Assembly (NCBI GenBank): GCA_013375475.1
Contig: JABXKD010000002.1
Span: forward strand, 1 to 64,000
From: Promethearchaeota archaeon
Lineage (GTDB): Archaea > Asgardarchaeota > Lokiarchaeia > Sigyniarchaeales > SOKP01
Length of the DNA: 64,000 nt
Direction of reading: 5' to 3'
The notes beneath the pieces were generated by a model. The model did no database searches, was not told where the DNA came from, and was given only the letters and a program-made list of their open reading frames with translations. The position numbers and the translations under genes are program-made. This document shows positions 39,484 through 50,777 of the stretch, piece by piece; positions within the stretch are counted from its first letter, which is position 1; every line of letters begins with the position of its first letter.

Positions 39484-39545
39484 ATTAATTTGATTTCTGT
39501 ATCAATTAATAATAAAATAAAGGTAAAATTTCGTAAAAATGATGG

Positions 39546-40760
39546 TTAGGAATACATCCGTGATTGAATAGCCTTATCTTTCATTTTATTCATTACTTTA
39601 TTGACAGCTTTGATAAAATCATCTTTAACTATTTGCTCCGCATCTTTTCTTATTGCAAACATTCCAGCTTCAGTACATATGGCTTTAATATCTGCTCCAG
39701 TAGCACCCTCAGTTAACTCAACTAGTTTTTTAAAATTAACATCTCCTTCAATGGTTAAAGATTTGCTGTGGATTTTAAAGATCGATAATCTTGCTTCTTC
39801 ATCAGGGATTGGAAAGTCTATCATTCTGTCAAACCTACCAGGCCTTAGCAAAGCAGGATCTAAAATATCAATTCGATTAGTCGCACCAATTATTTTTACG
39901 TCTCCCCTTTGTTCAAATCCATCTAATTCGCTTAATAATTGCATTAAAGTCCTTTGAACTTCTCTATCTCCTGATGTTGCGATTTTTAATCTTTGAGACC
40001 CAATTGCGTCTAATTCATCAATAAATAAGATAGTAGGGGCTTTTTGTTTTGCCAAATTGAATATTTCTCGCACTAATCGAGCACCTTCTCCTATAAACTT
40101 TTGAACCAACTCTGAACCGATTATTCTTATAAATGTAGCTTCGGTTTCATGCGCAACTGCTTTCGCTACTAGCGTTTTACCCGTACCTGGAGGGCCATAA
40201 AGTAAAACACCTTTAGGAGGATCAATTCCAATTTTTTTAAACAACTCTGGTTTTAACAAAGGTAGTTCCACAGTTTCTCTCACCTCTAGTATTTGGTCAT
40301 TTAATCCGCCTACATCCTCGTAAGAGATATCTGGAATTCCATCTATGACTTCCATTCCTTTAACAAATGGATCTAATTTAGTTGGTAGAATTTCCATTAT
40401 TGCAAAAGTTCTTTGATTTAGAGCGACTCGCATTCCTGGAGTCAAGTTTTCATTCTTGACTTTTCTGCTGGGGTTAACAACAAAACTAGGTCCAGTGGAG
40501 CTTTTTACTATAACTTTTCCCGTATCTTCTAGCATATCAATTACAGTTGCCGAAACTAATGGAGGTTCTCTTAATCTATCGATTTCATTTCTTAAACTGT
40601 TTAATTCTTGCTCTAATCTTAAACGTTCAGCATCTAGTAGCTGCTTTTCTGTTTCTAGATTTCTTAGTCTTTTTTCTAAATGCCTTGTATAAGTGATTAA
40701 ATATTCTTCATCTTTAGTTTCTTCCTGTTTCTTCCTTTCTTTTCCTTTAATCGTAGTCAA
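39546..40760 (-). CDS. pan: Proteasome-activating nucleotidase
   Basis: Coiled coil + OB; [34 protein letters not shown]; C-terminal HbYX (MYS). Confidence 0.96.
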   Translation of the reverse strand: MTTIKGKERKKQEETKDEEYLITYTRHLEKRLRNLETEKQLLDAERLRLEQELNSLRNEIDRLREPPLVSATVIDMLEDTGKVIVKSSTGPSFVVNPSRKVKNENLTPGMRVALNQRTFAIMEILPTKLDPFVKGMEVIDGIPDISYEDVGGLNDQILEVRETVELPLLKPELFKKIGIDPPKGVLLYGPPGTGKTLVAKAVAHETEATFIRIIGSELVQKFIGEGARLVREIFNLAKQKAPTILFIDELDAIGSQRLKIATSGDREVQRTLMQLLSELDGFEQRGDVKIIGATNRIDILDPALLRPGRFDRMIDFPIPDEEARLSIFKIHSKSLTIEGDVNFKKLVELTEGATGADIKAICTEAGMFAIRKDAEQIVKDDFIKAVNKVMNKMKDKAIQSRMYS

Positions 40761-41002
40761 GTATTAAATTCCCCAACTTTTACTTATTTCAATATTAAGA
40801 TACTAAATTAATTTAATAATAACAATTTATTCATTTAAACTTAAGGTAATACGCTAATATCAGAAAGCAGTGTAGTTTTAAAAAATTTTTGGATTATATT
40901 TTATAACGAGTTGTAGCTAAAAACCAAAAATTATAAGAGTTCTATATCCCGATCTTATTCATAGTGCTTTTCCTTTGAAAATTTTGAGTGTAATGTTATT
41001 TT

Positions 41003-41539
41003 ATGTCGAAAAAATTAACAGATGAATATGAGAAGGAATGTCCCATATGTGGTGGAAAAATATGGGGGAGAGGAGAAAAAGTCTTAATAGAAGGGGCAAA
41101 AATCGTTGTTTGTCAAAGTTGTGCCCAATTTGGAGTTAAAATCAAATTAAAGACTAAAATTGCACCTAGTAACAAAGGATTATATCCTAAACCTAAATCG
41201 TCCGTGACAAAAGTAGTCCGGCCTAGAGAAATCGAAGAGAGCGTAGAAATTGTCAGTGATTATGTCACAAAAATAAGAAAAGCTCGTAATTCTCGCGGAC
41301 TGAACCAAGATCAATTTGCTCAAAAACTAAACGAAAAACCTTCACTTTTAAGAAGAATTGAAGCTGGGAAAGTTGAGCCTACAATAAAGTTAGCGAAAAA
41401 AATAGAAGATGTCTACAATATTAAACTTCTTAAACAAGTCGACGAAATTGAACCAACTGCTAAACAAAGTCAGTATATGAAAAAAGCTAACGGTTCTTCT
41501 TTAGGTGATATCGCCTATGTTAAAAAGAAAAAGAAATAA
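41003..41539 (+). CDS. mbf1: Archaeal multiprotein bridging factor 1 (Zn ribbon + HTH)
   Basis: CPICG…CQSCAQFG; IRKARNSRGLNQDQFAQKLNEK; SLGD. Confidence 0.92.
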   Translation: MSKKLTDEYEKECPICGGKIWGRGEKVLIEGAKIVVCQSCAQFGVKIKLKTKIAPSNKGLYPKPKSSVTKVVRPREIEESVEIVSDYVTKIRKARNSRGLNQDQFAQKLNEKPSLLRRIEAGKVEPTIKLAKKIEDVYNIKLLKQVDEIEPTAKQSQYMKKANGSSLGDIAYVKKKKK

Positions 41540-41653
41540 ACACTAATAGAATTAAGAGATTTGCAAAAATATTACGTCAGATCGTAGTAACCCATAAAAT
41601 TAGACACTAAATTTTTTTTAGAACGAATCTCTTAGCCGAAATATGAGATGTAA

Positions 41654-42244
41654 TTAAACTATTGTATCTATAGATAAATCTATATTTTCGATTAGAACTA
41701 TTTTTTCCATTAGAAAATGAATTAAATCCTTATTTTCTTGAGCCTCTAATGGACCTCCACAATCAGGGCATCTGAAATTTAATTCAAACCCTCTATCAAA
41801 ATTGAATTGGTTATTTGAATCTTTACAATCTTTACAAACAAAGAAGTAGTTATTTTCCTCGAATTTTAATCTATCTCTTAGCTTATTCTCCATTACTCTC
41901 CTTTTTTCTAGTAAAATTTCTTCAAACAAGTCAAATTCATGCCACCAATAATATATAAACCAGCCTGTAGATTTATCACGAATTCTTCTAAATTGAGCTA
42001 ATTTTCCACTATATAACTTATATAAAGTCTTTCGTACGGTATTTAATTTTAAGAATTCTCCATCATTTTCTTCAAAACTTATGTCCGGGTTTTCGCCTTT
42101 AAAGCGGTCTTTAATATTTTCAGTAATACCCTCATCAGTTATATCATCTTCTTCTGAATTCAATAATTCATTTCCAACTTCTATAGCTATATCGCCACCT
42201 AATATATATAAAAAAGACTTTAATAGAGGGTTTAATTCCTTCAT
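41654..42244 (-). CDS. tfe: Transcription factor E, alpha subunit
   Basis: LNTVRKTLYKLY…RDKSTGWFIYYW; Zn ribbon C..C…FRCPDCG. Confidence 0.92.
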   Translation of the reverse strand: MKELNPLLKSFLYILGGDIAIEVGNELLNSEEDDITDEGITENIKDRFKGENPDISFEENDGEFLKLNTVRKTLYKLYSGKLAQFRRIRDKSTGWFIYYWWHEFDLFEEILLEKRRVMENKLRDRLKFEENNYFFVCKDCKDSNNQFNFDRGFELNFRCPDCGGPLEAQENKDLIHFLMEKIVLIENIDLSIDTIV

Positions 42245-42346
42245 AATCCTTGATCTTCTTATTCTCTTCTATTCGTTGTCCAAGTAAAACATTCATTAAA
42301 ATTAAATTTTTTGAATTTCAATTTATTAGAATTTGTGTGCTTAATA

Positions 42347-43129
42347 TTAAACTACAATTGAGTATTGCTTTTCTATTAATTCACCGTTAATGTCAATTGA
42401 TCGAAACATTTTTCCTTTTCGTATAGCCATGATTCTTAATAAACGAGAATCCTTAATATTTGTAGGAATCTCAATCTCTTTTATTTTATAATTATTAAAT
42501 ACGGTAAAGGTCTTCCAATTTGCAGGGATATCAGATATAAAATCAGGAATAGTTAAATCTAGCACCATCTTTAGATTAGCATCTGTATTACTAAGTACAC
42601 CAGTACAAAATTGAATTCTTTTGCTCACATCGTCGTCTTCAACTTTTTTTTTGGATGGTTGTGGTATGTTTTTTTTGGTCGTAACCTTACAATTGGGATT
42701 AATCACGAAAGACAACAGCAGATAGCTGTTTTCTCTAAATAATTCTAGGGCTTGAAGTAACAGGCTTTTATTGATTTGGTCCACTATTTCAGCTTTGTAA
42801 TTTTGCGTTTTACCTGTAGATTTTTTCAAATCCCAGTTTAAACCTAGATTTGATATCGTATCTTTTAAATCTCTTCCAGTAATCAATTTTCCTTTAATTT
42901 CAATATCAGCTTGAGCATTTGATAAGGATTTCACAACAAGCTCTAAGATTAAATCTTCGTATTCATGAGTTCCTTTAAGTGTTATTTTTCCACTTGTTTT
43001 AGTAATTTTTAAAGCAGGACCGATAAAATCTCCTTTAGAATATCTGTAGAAATGTCTATGGATTCTCATGTGTTCTTTAGCAGGATCGTCTAATTTTGGC
43101 GTTTCGATTAACTTAGTTATAAAATGCAT
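42347..43129 (-). CDS. Hypothetical protein
   Basis: 260-aa ORF co-oriented with tfe; no motif recognised. Confidence 0.7.
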   Translation of the reverse strand: MHFITKLIETPKLDDPAKEHMRIHRHFYRYSKGDFIGPALKITKTSGKITLKGTHEYEDLILELVVKSLSNAQADIEIKGKLITGRDLKDTISNLGLNWDLKKSTGKTQNYKAEIVDQINKSLLLQALELFRENSYLLLSFVINPNCKVTTKKNIPQPSKKKVEDDDVSKRIQFCTGVLSNTDANLKMVLDLTIPDFISDIPANWKTFTVFNNYKIKEIEIPTNIKDSRLLRIMAIRKGKMFRSIDINGELIEKQYSIVV

Positions 43130-43223
43130 TTTAACTCGTAATATTATTTCTCTAATAATATAAATCTAAATAATGATATTATAAATAGAACATAACTTTA
43201 AATTTTAATTTAAGCAATAAATT

Positions 43224-44111
43224 GTGAACAAAATTAAAACAAAAGATAGTATAATTTCAAAGATCATCGCCTACTTAGAGGATAGTTTTAAAGAGAGCAT
43301 CATTAGTGTGTTCGGTATAGGAAGCTGTTTCGATATAACACTTCCATCTGATTGGAAAATCACTGATATTGATGTAATTGTTATAGTTAACTCCTTCGAT
43401 AAAATCCCTAAACTCGAATGGACAGAAGTTCGACACGAAACTAAAAATGTCGATAATTTTAATGTTTGGTTAGGATATAATACATTACAAGGATTAAAAG
43501 AAAAGGAGCTGTTTATCCACCAATCATTTGCTAATTATGAGTGGAGTATTTTAGACTTGAAATTTCAAGAAAACTCCCAACTCCTATATGGTAAAGACAT
43601 AAGAAATCAGCTTCCTAAGATTTCTGAACTTAAGTATGATTTCGACGATATTTTCGTGAGAAGCCTTTACCATCTAGATAAAAGCCTAAAAGAAAGTAAA
43701 TCTCCCCAAAAAATTTTAGATTCCATGAGAGAATTTACTAAGGCTGTGTTCAAATTCGGATTCTATTTTTGTAAATATTTCGATAAAAGCTATTATTTAA
43801 CTTCTGTTCTTAATATATCAAATCATATAGAATATTTACATATTGAAGATAAAATAAAAAAAAATATACTGCATTTTATGAGGGAATCTATAAATTTTAG
43901 GAGAACTAATAAGTTTTCTATTGAATTTAAGATTCTAATAAAAAACTTTATCTTTTTTATTTTTTCTTTACTTAGAAACGGATATCTTCATAGAAAATTA
44001 GAATTTCAAGAATTCGTTAATTTTCTTGAAAAAAAGTTCAATGGTTTACCATACCTCATAAAATACCTAAAAACCGCAAAAAAGATCTACGATTCTTCAA
44101 AATTTCTATGA
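43224..44111 (+). CDS. Pol-beta-superfamily nucleotidyltransferase with helical C-terminal domain
   Basis: VFGIGS…TDIDVIVIV (hG[GS]…DxD). Confidence 0.75.
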   Translation: MNKIKTKDSIISKIIAYLEDSFKESIISVFGIGSCFDITLPSDWKITDIDVIVIVNSFDKIPKLEWTEVRHETKNVDNFNVWLGYNTLQGLKEKELFIHQSFANYEWSILDLKFQENSQLLYGKDIRNQLPKISELKYDFDDIFVRSLYHLDKSLKESKSPQKILDSMREFTKAVFKFGFYFCKYFDKSYYLTSVLNISNHIEYLHIEDKIKKNILHFMRESINFRRTNKFSIEFKILIKNFIFFIFSLLRNGYLHRKLEFQEFVNFLEKKFNGLPYLIKYLKTAKKIYDSSKFL

Positions 44112-44221
44112 AAATTATTAACAATTTTATCCCATGGCGACATATATGAAATCAGATTAATAAAGTTAAAAAAAAATAAAAGATAAGATATTACTTAAAC
44201 CATAAAAACAAGTTACGATTA

Positions 44222-44452
44222 TTGATGTTATTTTTATATCTGCAGATCGATGATTTTCAAGTTCCCTCAATAACTATTTGGGTCTTAGCGTGGATTTTTC
44301 TTTTCATAGGATTCTTTTCTTTGGCTATTTTAATCGTTTATACGAGATATGGAAGAGAATTATCAATAAAACTCTCGATTATATCAATTAGCATTGCTGC
44401 AATTTTATTAGGGTTTGCGTTTCACTTCTTCCTTATTACATTTGGGATTTAA
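44222..44452 (+). CDS. Small 2-TM membrane protein
   Basis: Hydrophobicity. Confidence 0.65.
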   Translation: MMLFLYLQIDDFQVPSITIWVLAWIFLFIGFFSLAILIVYTRYGRELSIKLSIISISIAAILLGFAFHFFLITFGI

Positions 44453-44656
44453 TAAAACTCGTAAAAAATTTTACTCAAACTATGGGTAAAATCGGATTTC
44501 ATTTTCTCCTCTCTTATATTATTGACACTTTTTACCGTTCTCCTAATTTCCAATAAATTCAATAAAAAATATGAAAAATATTTATAAAAGAGGGAGAATA
44601 TGTCTTTCTTAATTTAAATATAAACTTACTTAATATATCTAACTGGAGCAATAAAA

Positions 44657-45076
44657 ATGTTATTTCAACTAGACCCTACTATAGAGTTTATTCTATGGTT
44701 AATTTTAGCAACTGTACTTGTCGCATTGATACTATACATTGCGGTTTTACTTATAGCATCGAAAACTAAAGCTTCTGATAAAAAGTTTGTTATCATCATC
44801 TTAGCCCTGATCTTTGTTTTGATATTACCAATAATCTTGGGCGCCGTGAATTCAGTGCTCTCAGTCGTCGGTGACCTTGTTGCTTTTAGTGGTTCAAACC
44901 ACTTAACTCAGTTAACACCAATCATAGGATTTCTATTAATTTTAGTATTAGCCAAATTTTTCATCAGTATTCCGTGGGATCAGGCAGTATGGATAGCCTT
45001 ATTGACCCTATTTTTCCTGTTCCTTCTCTATACTATGATACCAGAGTTGTATAACTTCTTGGGATTTGGAATTTAA
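44657..45076 (+). CDS. Hypothetical 4-TM membrane protein
   Basis: Hydrophobicity; SD GGAG; followed by a poly-T tract. Confidence 0.75.
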   Translation: MLFQLDPTIEFILWLILATVLVALILYIAVLLIASKTKASDKKFVIIILALIFVLILPIILGAVNSVLSVVGDLVAFSGSNHLTQLTPIIGFLLILVLAKFFISIPWDQAVWIALLTLFFLFLLYTMIPELYNFLGFGI

Positions 45077-45161
45077 AATTTCTTTTTTTTTTTACTTCAC
45101 AAATGTAATCTAAGCTCGTTTTTTTAACCAATAAAAAAGAACGTAAAAAAGAGAAATTAAC

Positions 45162-48100
45162 TTATATTTTTTCTTTTAATTTAAGTCTCGGAGCTAATCC
45201 AAGAGACATCATTTCTTGCAATAAAAGTTTAAAGGCATAAGAACATACTACTTTAGATATCACAGTGCTTTCTCCACATACAGGGCAGTATCTCTTATCT
45301 CTGTTGCGATCGTACACAGCTAAAAGCCCACATTTTTCACAAACTAAAATCACTGTTCGATCAGACTCATCGAGTAGTCTCTCCTTTAATAATAGTGCCG
45401 ATCCATGGCCAACTAAGCAATCTCTTTCCATCTCACCAAAACGTAATCCCCCTTCTCTTGCTCTACCTTCTGTAGGTTGTCTCGTTAAGATTTGAACGGG
45501 TCCTCTCGCTCGAGCATGAAGCTTATCTGCAACGAGATGATGTAATTTTTGATAATAAATAGGTGCGCAATAAATCCCGGCTTCGTATTTTTTACCGGTA
45601 ATACCGTTATACATAACCTCTCTGCCATTAAATTCAAAGCCTGCTTCTACTAATTGCTCTTGAAGTTTCGTGATATCTTTCCACTCGAACGCCGTAGCGT
45701 CGCCCAACTTCCCCGTTGTGCAAGCGATTTTACCGCTAATGCCCTCAAATAATTGTCCTAAAGTCATTCTCGATGGCATAGCATGAGGATTTACGATAAT
45801 ATCTGGAACTACTCCATTTGAAGTGAAGGGCATGTCTTCTGCGGGTTGGACGAGACCAAGTACTCCCTTCTGACCATGCCTGGAAGAAAATTTATCTCCC
45901 AACTCTGGAATTCGTAAATCTCTAACTTTAATCTTAACTAATTTATTTCCATCCACAGTCTCAGATATGATTACTGTGTCCACAATCCCTTTTTCATTGT
46001 GACGCATATTTTTTGAGGTTTCCCGTCTATTTGGTTGCATCAATTCAAATTCTTCGTAAGATTTAATAAATCGTGGGGGAGATGTACGACCAATAAGAAC
46101 ATCACCGCCGTTAACAGCCGTTTCGGGTTCGATAATTCCATCTTCTTCAGAAAGTAACCTATAAGATTCAGCAGATTTGAATCCTCTTACTCCTCTCTCT
46201 GGAATCTCGAATTTGTCTAATTCTCCTCCTGGATATTTCCTCTCTTCAGCATCGTAAGTTCTAAAGAAGTGAGAACGTGCTAATCCGCGTTCTATTGACG
46301 CTTTGTTTATAATAATCGCATCTTCAATATTATATCCTTCATAACTCATCATTCCTACTATGAAATTTTGACCCGCTGGCCGACGATTAATACCAATGAT
46401 TTCCATTGGGCTTGTTTTCACTAAAGCTTGTTGAGGGTAATGAAGGGTATGACCGCGGGTATCGAGTCTTAAATGCATGTTTGCAGCAAACAGACCTAGT
46501 GCTTGCTTTACCATTCCTGCTTCGTAAGTATTTCTTGGAGACTGATTATGCTCAGGAAATGGAATAATGGAAGCGCAAATGCCAAGAATTGCTGCCGGTG
46601 AAATTTCTAAATGAGTATGTTCAGGGGTAATTTCTTCTTCGAACATCGCAATAAATGCGTTTTCTTCTTCTTCAGCGTCTAAATACTCTATAACACCTTT
46701 CTGAATCAAATCAGACCAAGTATACTTACCTTGCTTTAATTTCTCTATATCCTCATTTGTGGTAAGAATTTGGCTATTTTTTATTATAAATAGTGGTCTA
46801 GTTGCTCTTCCAGCATCGCAATTTATCTGAATTTCTCTTGAATCGTGATAATAACCAATATTAACGTGCTGACCAATCTCACCCTTCCGCCTTTTCTCTC
46901 GAAGTTGATTCGTGAAAGGATTGTATTTTTGATGAATGCCAACTAATTTACCATTAAGAAATATGTTTACTTTTTCCCCCTTTATGTTTTTCACTTCGTT
47001 AATAGGAATTACTCCGAGATCGATTAAAATATTCTCGATAACTCTCTCGTCTGTACCTACTGAGATAATAGAAGCCAATCCTAAATTTTTAACTAAACCA
47101 CAATTTGGTCCTTCTGGGGTTTCTGCAGGACAGATCTTCCCCCACTGGGTAGGATGTAAATCTCTTGCTTCAAAATGAGGTTGACTTCTACTTAATGGAG
47201 ATATAACTCTTCTTAAATGACTTAATGTTGCCACATGGTTAGTTCTGTTTAATAATTGACTAACTCCTGCTTTTCCACCAACCCAATTACCCGTTGCTAA
47301 AGCGTGCCTTATTCTTTCAGTTATTACATCTGCTCTCACAGCAGTTTTAATATTAGGTGCTCTTCCTCGAACGGCGGTACGTTCTAACTGATATTTTATG
47401 TCTTTTACAAGATTTAAAAACGCTACTCTGAAAAGTGATGTAAATAATTCACCAGCTAATTTCAATCTTTTGTTAGCGTAATGATCCTTATCATCTGGCT
47501 CACGAAACCCTAAAGCAAGTTCCATAACCTTCTGAGCCATTTGTCCTAAATAATAAGCTTTTTTAATGCGGTCTTCCTCCGCATTTCCAACATGAGGTAA
47601 TAGGTATCGATCTAAAACTTGAAGCGCTCTTCTAATACGATAGTCTTTTGTTTGTCCTATTGCTACTCTTTTTCCTATATAGTCTAAAGAGTTTTGTTGA
47701 GATTTCTCAGGATCTTTTAAAACTTGGATTTCAGAAGCAACATCTATGACGGGGATTAATTCTTTTTGAATATCATCATTTTCGGAGATGGCTTCAAAGA
47801 TTTCTCTATCAGAGTGTAATCCCAAGGCACGCATCAAGATTGCTAATGGTATTTTACCAGGAACTGAAGGAAAAGAAACTCTTAGGTTTCCATCTTTTTT
47901 TCTTTCTATTGTTACTGGTGCTCGAAAACCACTTCTTGTTGAAAACACTTTTGCTTGGTGCGTTGCACTGGAACTTCGGCTAGCTTCTTCAGCTAGAATT
48001 CTATTAGGTGCTAAATCTTCTTGCGTTACTAGTACCCGTTCTGTTCCATTAATAATAAAATATCCACCAGGATCGAGTGGGTCTTCCCCTCTATTAATTA

Positions 48101-48533
48101 ATTCTTGTTCAGATAAACTTTCCAAAGGACAACGGCAACTTTTTAGCATAATTGGTATTTTACCAATATAGATGTCAAGGATTTCTTCCTCCTCTTCCCT
48201 TTGAGTTCGTTCATCAATAGTTATAGGGGTCATTTCTAAGGTAATATCGGCTGCGTAGCTTAACTCCCTTATCCTAGCTTCAATAGGTGTAATTTCCATT
48301 GTAGCACCATCTGCTTCTCTAACTTTTGGAACCCCAACTTTAATTTTACCAAAATTGATTTTAAATCCGGGAATATCCGGTATTACTTCATTCGATTCAT
48401 CAACTATGCTTTGCATCTCTTCTTCTATAAAATTATTATAAGAATCGAGATGTTGGCGTACTAAACCTTTTTCGTCAAATAAGCTTTTTAACACAACCCA
48501 TTTACTACTATTAGATAATTTTTCAGAACTCAA
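45162..48533 (-). CDS. rpoB: DNA-directed RNA polymerase subunit B (unsplit Rpo2)
   Basis: GGYFIINGTERV, ETPEGPNCGL, GYNIEDA, GDKFSSRHGQKG, GLRFGEMERD. Confidence 0.98.
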   Translation of the reverse strand: MSSEKLSNSSKWVVLKSLFDEKGLVRQHLDSYNNFIEEEMQSIVDESNEVIPDIPGFKINFGKIKVGVPKVREADGATMEITPIEARIRELSYAADITLEMTPITIDERTQREEEEEILDIYIGKIPIMLKSCRCPLESLSEQELINRGEDPLDPGGYFIINGTERVLVTQEDLAPNRILAEEASRSSSATHQAKVFSTRSGFRAPVTIERKKDGNLRVSFPSVPGKIPLAILMRALGLHSDREIFEAISENDDIQKELIPVIDVASEIQVLKDPEKSQQNSLDYIGKRVAIGQTKDYRIRRALQVLDRYLLPHVGNAEEDRIKKAYYLGQMAQKVMELALGFREPDDKDHYANKRLKLAGELFTSLFRVAFLNLVKDIKYQLERTAVRGRAPNIKTAVRADVITERIRHALATGNWVGGKAGVSQLLNRTNHVATLSHLRRVISPLSRSQPHFEARDLHPTQWGKICPAETPEGPNCGLVKNLGLASIISVGTDERVIENILIDLGVIPINEVKNIKGEKVNIFLNGKLVGIHQKYNPFTNQLREKRRKGEIGQHVNIGYYHDSREIQINCDAGRATRPLFIIKNSQILTTNEDIEKLKQGKYTWSDLIQKGVIEYLDAEEEENAFIAMFEEEITPEHTHLEISPAAILGICASIIPFPEHNQSPRNTYEAGMVKQALGLFAANMHLRLDTRGHTLHYPQQALVKTSPMEIIGINRRPAGQNFIVGMMSYEGYNIEDAIIINKASIERGLARSHFFRTYDAEERKYPGGELDKFEIPERGVRGFKSAESYRLLSEEDGIIEPETAVNGGDVLIGRTSPPRFIKSYEEFELMQPNRRETSKNMRHNEKGIVDTVIISETVDGNKLVKIKVRDLRIPELGDKFSSRHGQKGVLGLVQPAEDMPFTSNGVVPDIIVNPHAMPSRMTLGQLFEGISGKIACTTGKLGDATAFEWKDITKLQEQLVEAGFEFNGREVMYNGITGKKYEAGIYCAPIYYQKLHHLVADKLHARARGPVQILTRQPTEGRAREGGLRFGEMERDCLVGHGSALLLKERLLDESDRTVILVCEKCGLLAVYDRNRDKRYCPVCGESTVISKVVCSYAFKLLLQEMMSLGLAPRLKLKEKI

Positions 48534-48578
48534 TTTTAATTAACCTATTGGAATATTATTTTTAATAAAAGAGATTTA

Positions 48579-48836
48579 CTAAACTTTTTCTTTTTTGATA
48601 TAGCGATAATAATCTATATTTTTTACAGTCGTATGGGATTCCCGAACAATTTTTACAATATCTCCCTCTTTTGCACCAATTGCTATCGACACCGGGTCCT
48701 TTTCATCCATTTGAGGTAAGTCAGAAATATTTATCTGATATTTCTCTAATAAATTTTGTGATTCTTCTTTTGTCAGAAGGTAATGTTTAGGGACTAGTTC
48801 ATGAAGTAGCACATCTATTTTCCTTTTCTTAGTCAA
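48579..48836 (-). CDS. rpoH: RNA polymerase subunit H (Rpo5)
   Basis: HELVPKH…LPQM…DPV…GDIVKIVRES. Confidence 0.95.
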   Translation of the reverse strand: MTKKRKIDVLLHELVPKHYLLTKEESQNLLEKYQINISDLPQMDEKDPVSIAIGAKEGDIVKIVRESHTTVKNIDYYRYIKKEKV

Positions 48837-48973
48837 AAAAAAATCCTCTTTCCTCGCTAATTATTGCATGAAATATTCGATTTCTAAAAAAATTTACCCT
48901 TTTTACTCATAATCTCTTTTATTATTCTAGTTGGAAAATTGATAATAAATACAATTCTAACACTTGAGAAAAT

Positions 48974-49612
48974 CTAGAATGATGTCAAACAGAAAATCCA
49001 GTATCCAGATCTCTTAAAAGTTACCTCAATTATTTCAAACAACTCTGAAAGATGCTTTTTCAAATAGATATGTATATATTCTGCTCCCATTTTTTTTTTT
49101 ATAACGAATTGAAATAAACCCTTGGAGTTTAAATATCTAGGTATGTCCTCACACAAAGTGAGAAATTCTCGTCTACCACTACGTAAGGGGGGATTCATAT
49201 ATATCCCATCAAATTTAACGCTCTTAGCTTCAAAGGGTTTAAAATAACTTCCCTCCAAAACTATAACTTTGCCTGATCTCTCTGACAAATTATATTTAAT
49301 GTTTTCCCTAACACACCAGAGCGCTCTTTTATTAATATCGGTTAAATATATGGTACTTTGGGGCGTTAAATATGCTAGTACAATCCCAATCGGGCCATAT
49401 CCGCATCCCAGATCAAGTAATACGCACTTTTCTTCTGGAATTTTCATGTGTTCTATAAAAACTTTAGTTCCCAAATCTAGTTTTTTGAACGAGAATACTC
49501 CTGTAATCGTTTTAAAGAGATATAAGTGGTGTTTCAGACTTTCTGAAACGGAATGTACTTTAACTCTTACATCAGGAAATTGTGTTGAGTAGTGTTGATT
49601 CTTTTTATCCAT
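48974..49612 (-). CDS. Class I SAM-dependent methyltransferase (RsmC/MTS-like)
   Basis: GVFS..LDLGT, LDLGCGYG, NPP. Confidence 0.9.
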   Translation of the reverse strand: MDKKNQHYSTQFPDVRVKVHSVSESLKHHLYLFKTITGVFSFKKLDLGTKVFIEHMKIPEEKCVLLDLGCGYGPIGIVLAYLTPQSTIYLTDINKRALWCVRENIKYNLSERSGKVIVLEGSYFKPFEAKSVKFDGIYMNPPLRSGRREFLTLCEDIPRYLNSKGLFQFVIKKKMGAEYIHIYLKKHLSELFEIIEVTFKRSGYWIFCLTSF

Positions 49613-49629
49613 ATCTACTGAGCTGATTC

Positions 49630-50655
49630 TTAATTATTTTTGATTTCATTCCATCTTGGATATACTCCCCGTTCCATAAACACCTTATTTGTTTTTGCTA
49701 CAATACCCGACTTCGCTTTGTAAATCTTCATTGCATCCAAACTTGCTACGCCAAATCCAATTAATTCTTTCTTGAGAGACATATATACAATCTGTAGTTC
49801 TGGTTTAATTCTTGCATCAATATAACAAACTCCAGCAGCAGCTAAATCAGCACCATGGCATAATGCATCAACGGCAGTGTCTCTCACATAAATTTTTGGC
49901 AAATGGGAAACAATCTTTTCCATAGGTGAGATAATTTTTCTTAAATAGAACTCTTCACCCTCATCCTTGTATAAAGAATATGAGTCTTTTAGATTTTGAA
50001 GGCTTATTAAACTCTCATCTTCTTTAAAATGCCCAACTCTAGTTCTCCTTAGTTCCAACATATGGGCTCCAGAACATAAGGCTTCTCCTATGTCAAAACA
50101 TAACTTTCGAATGTAGGTTCCTGCTTCGCACCCAACTTTAAATAACACATGATTGCTATTAACTTCAAGCACGCTCGCATAATATACTTCCCTTATTCTT
50201 AATTTTCTTACTACTGACGATTTTATGGGAGGAGTCTGATAAATTTTGCCTGTAAATATCTTAAATACTTTCTCTATTTTTTTTGGCATCACAGGTTCGT
50301 GCAAATACATAACTCCAACATATTCTTTACCTGCATTTAATAATGCTGACAAAACCCGAGTAGCTTTGCCAAGAGCGCAAGGCAAGATTCCTGTTACTTT
50401 TGGATCTAATGTTCCTCCGTGCCCAGCGTTATCAATATCTAAAATTTTACGCGCCCATGAGACTACTTCGTGACTCGTTGGACCACTAGGTTTGTCTAAG
50501 TTTATAACTCCATACTTTAATAGATCTTTAATATCTCTATTATTAGGATCGCATCCATAACTTACATTTGCTGTATCTTGAGACTTCACTAACAATTGCT
50601 CTGATTCGTCAGAGGGTAATTTAAATTCTAAATCGGGCATGAAACTTAACTTCAA
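49630..50655 (-). CDS. cbf5: RNA-guided pseudouridine synthase Cbf5 (TruB family + PUA)
   Basis: INLDKPSGPTSHEV, GHGGTLDPKVTG, CEAGTYIR. Confidence 0.96.
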   Translation of the reverse strand: MKLSFMPDLEFKLPSDESEQLLVKSQDTANVSYGCDPNNRDIKDLLKYGVINLDKPSGPTSHEVVSWARKILDIDNAGHGGTLDPKVTGILPCALGKATRVLSALLNAGKEYVGVMYLHEPVMPKKIEKVFKIFTGKIYQTPPIKSSVVRKLRIREVYYASVLEVNSNHVLFKVGCEAGTYIRKLCFDIGEALCSGAHMLELRRTRVGHFKEDESLISLQNLKDSYSLYKDEGEEFYLRKIISPMEKIVSHLPKIYVRDTAVDALCHGADLAAAGVCYIDARIKPELQIVYMSLKKELIGFGVASLDAMKIYKAKSGIVAKTNKVFMERGVYPRWNEIKNN

Positions 50656-50777
50656 AAGAGTATTATTATAATTATTAATTTTCAGCGAAATTAATTTTTA
50701 TCGTTATGATATTTTAGAAAAAATTGAAATATCCTTTAAGCTCTAAACTCAAAACCTATACCAATTATTGAAAAATA

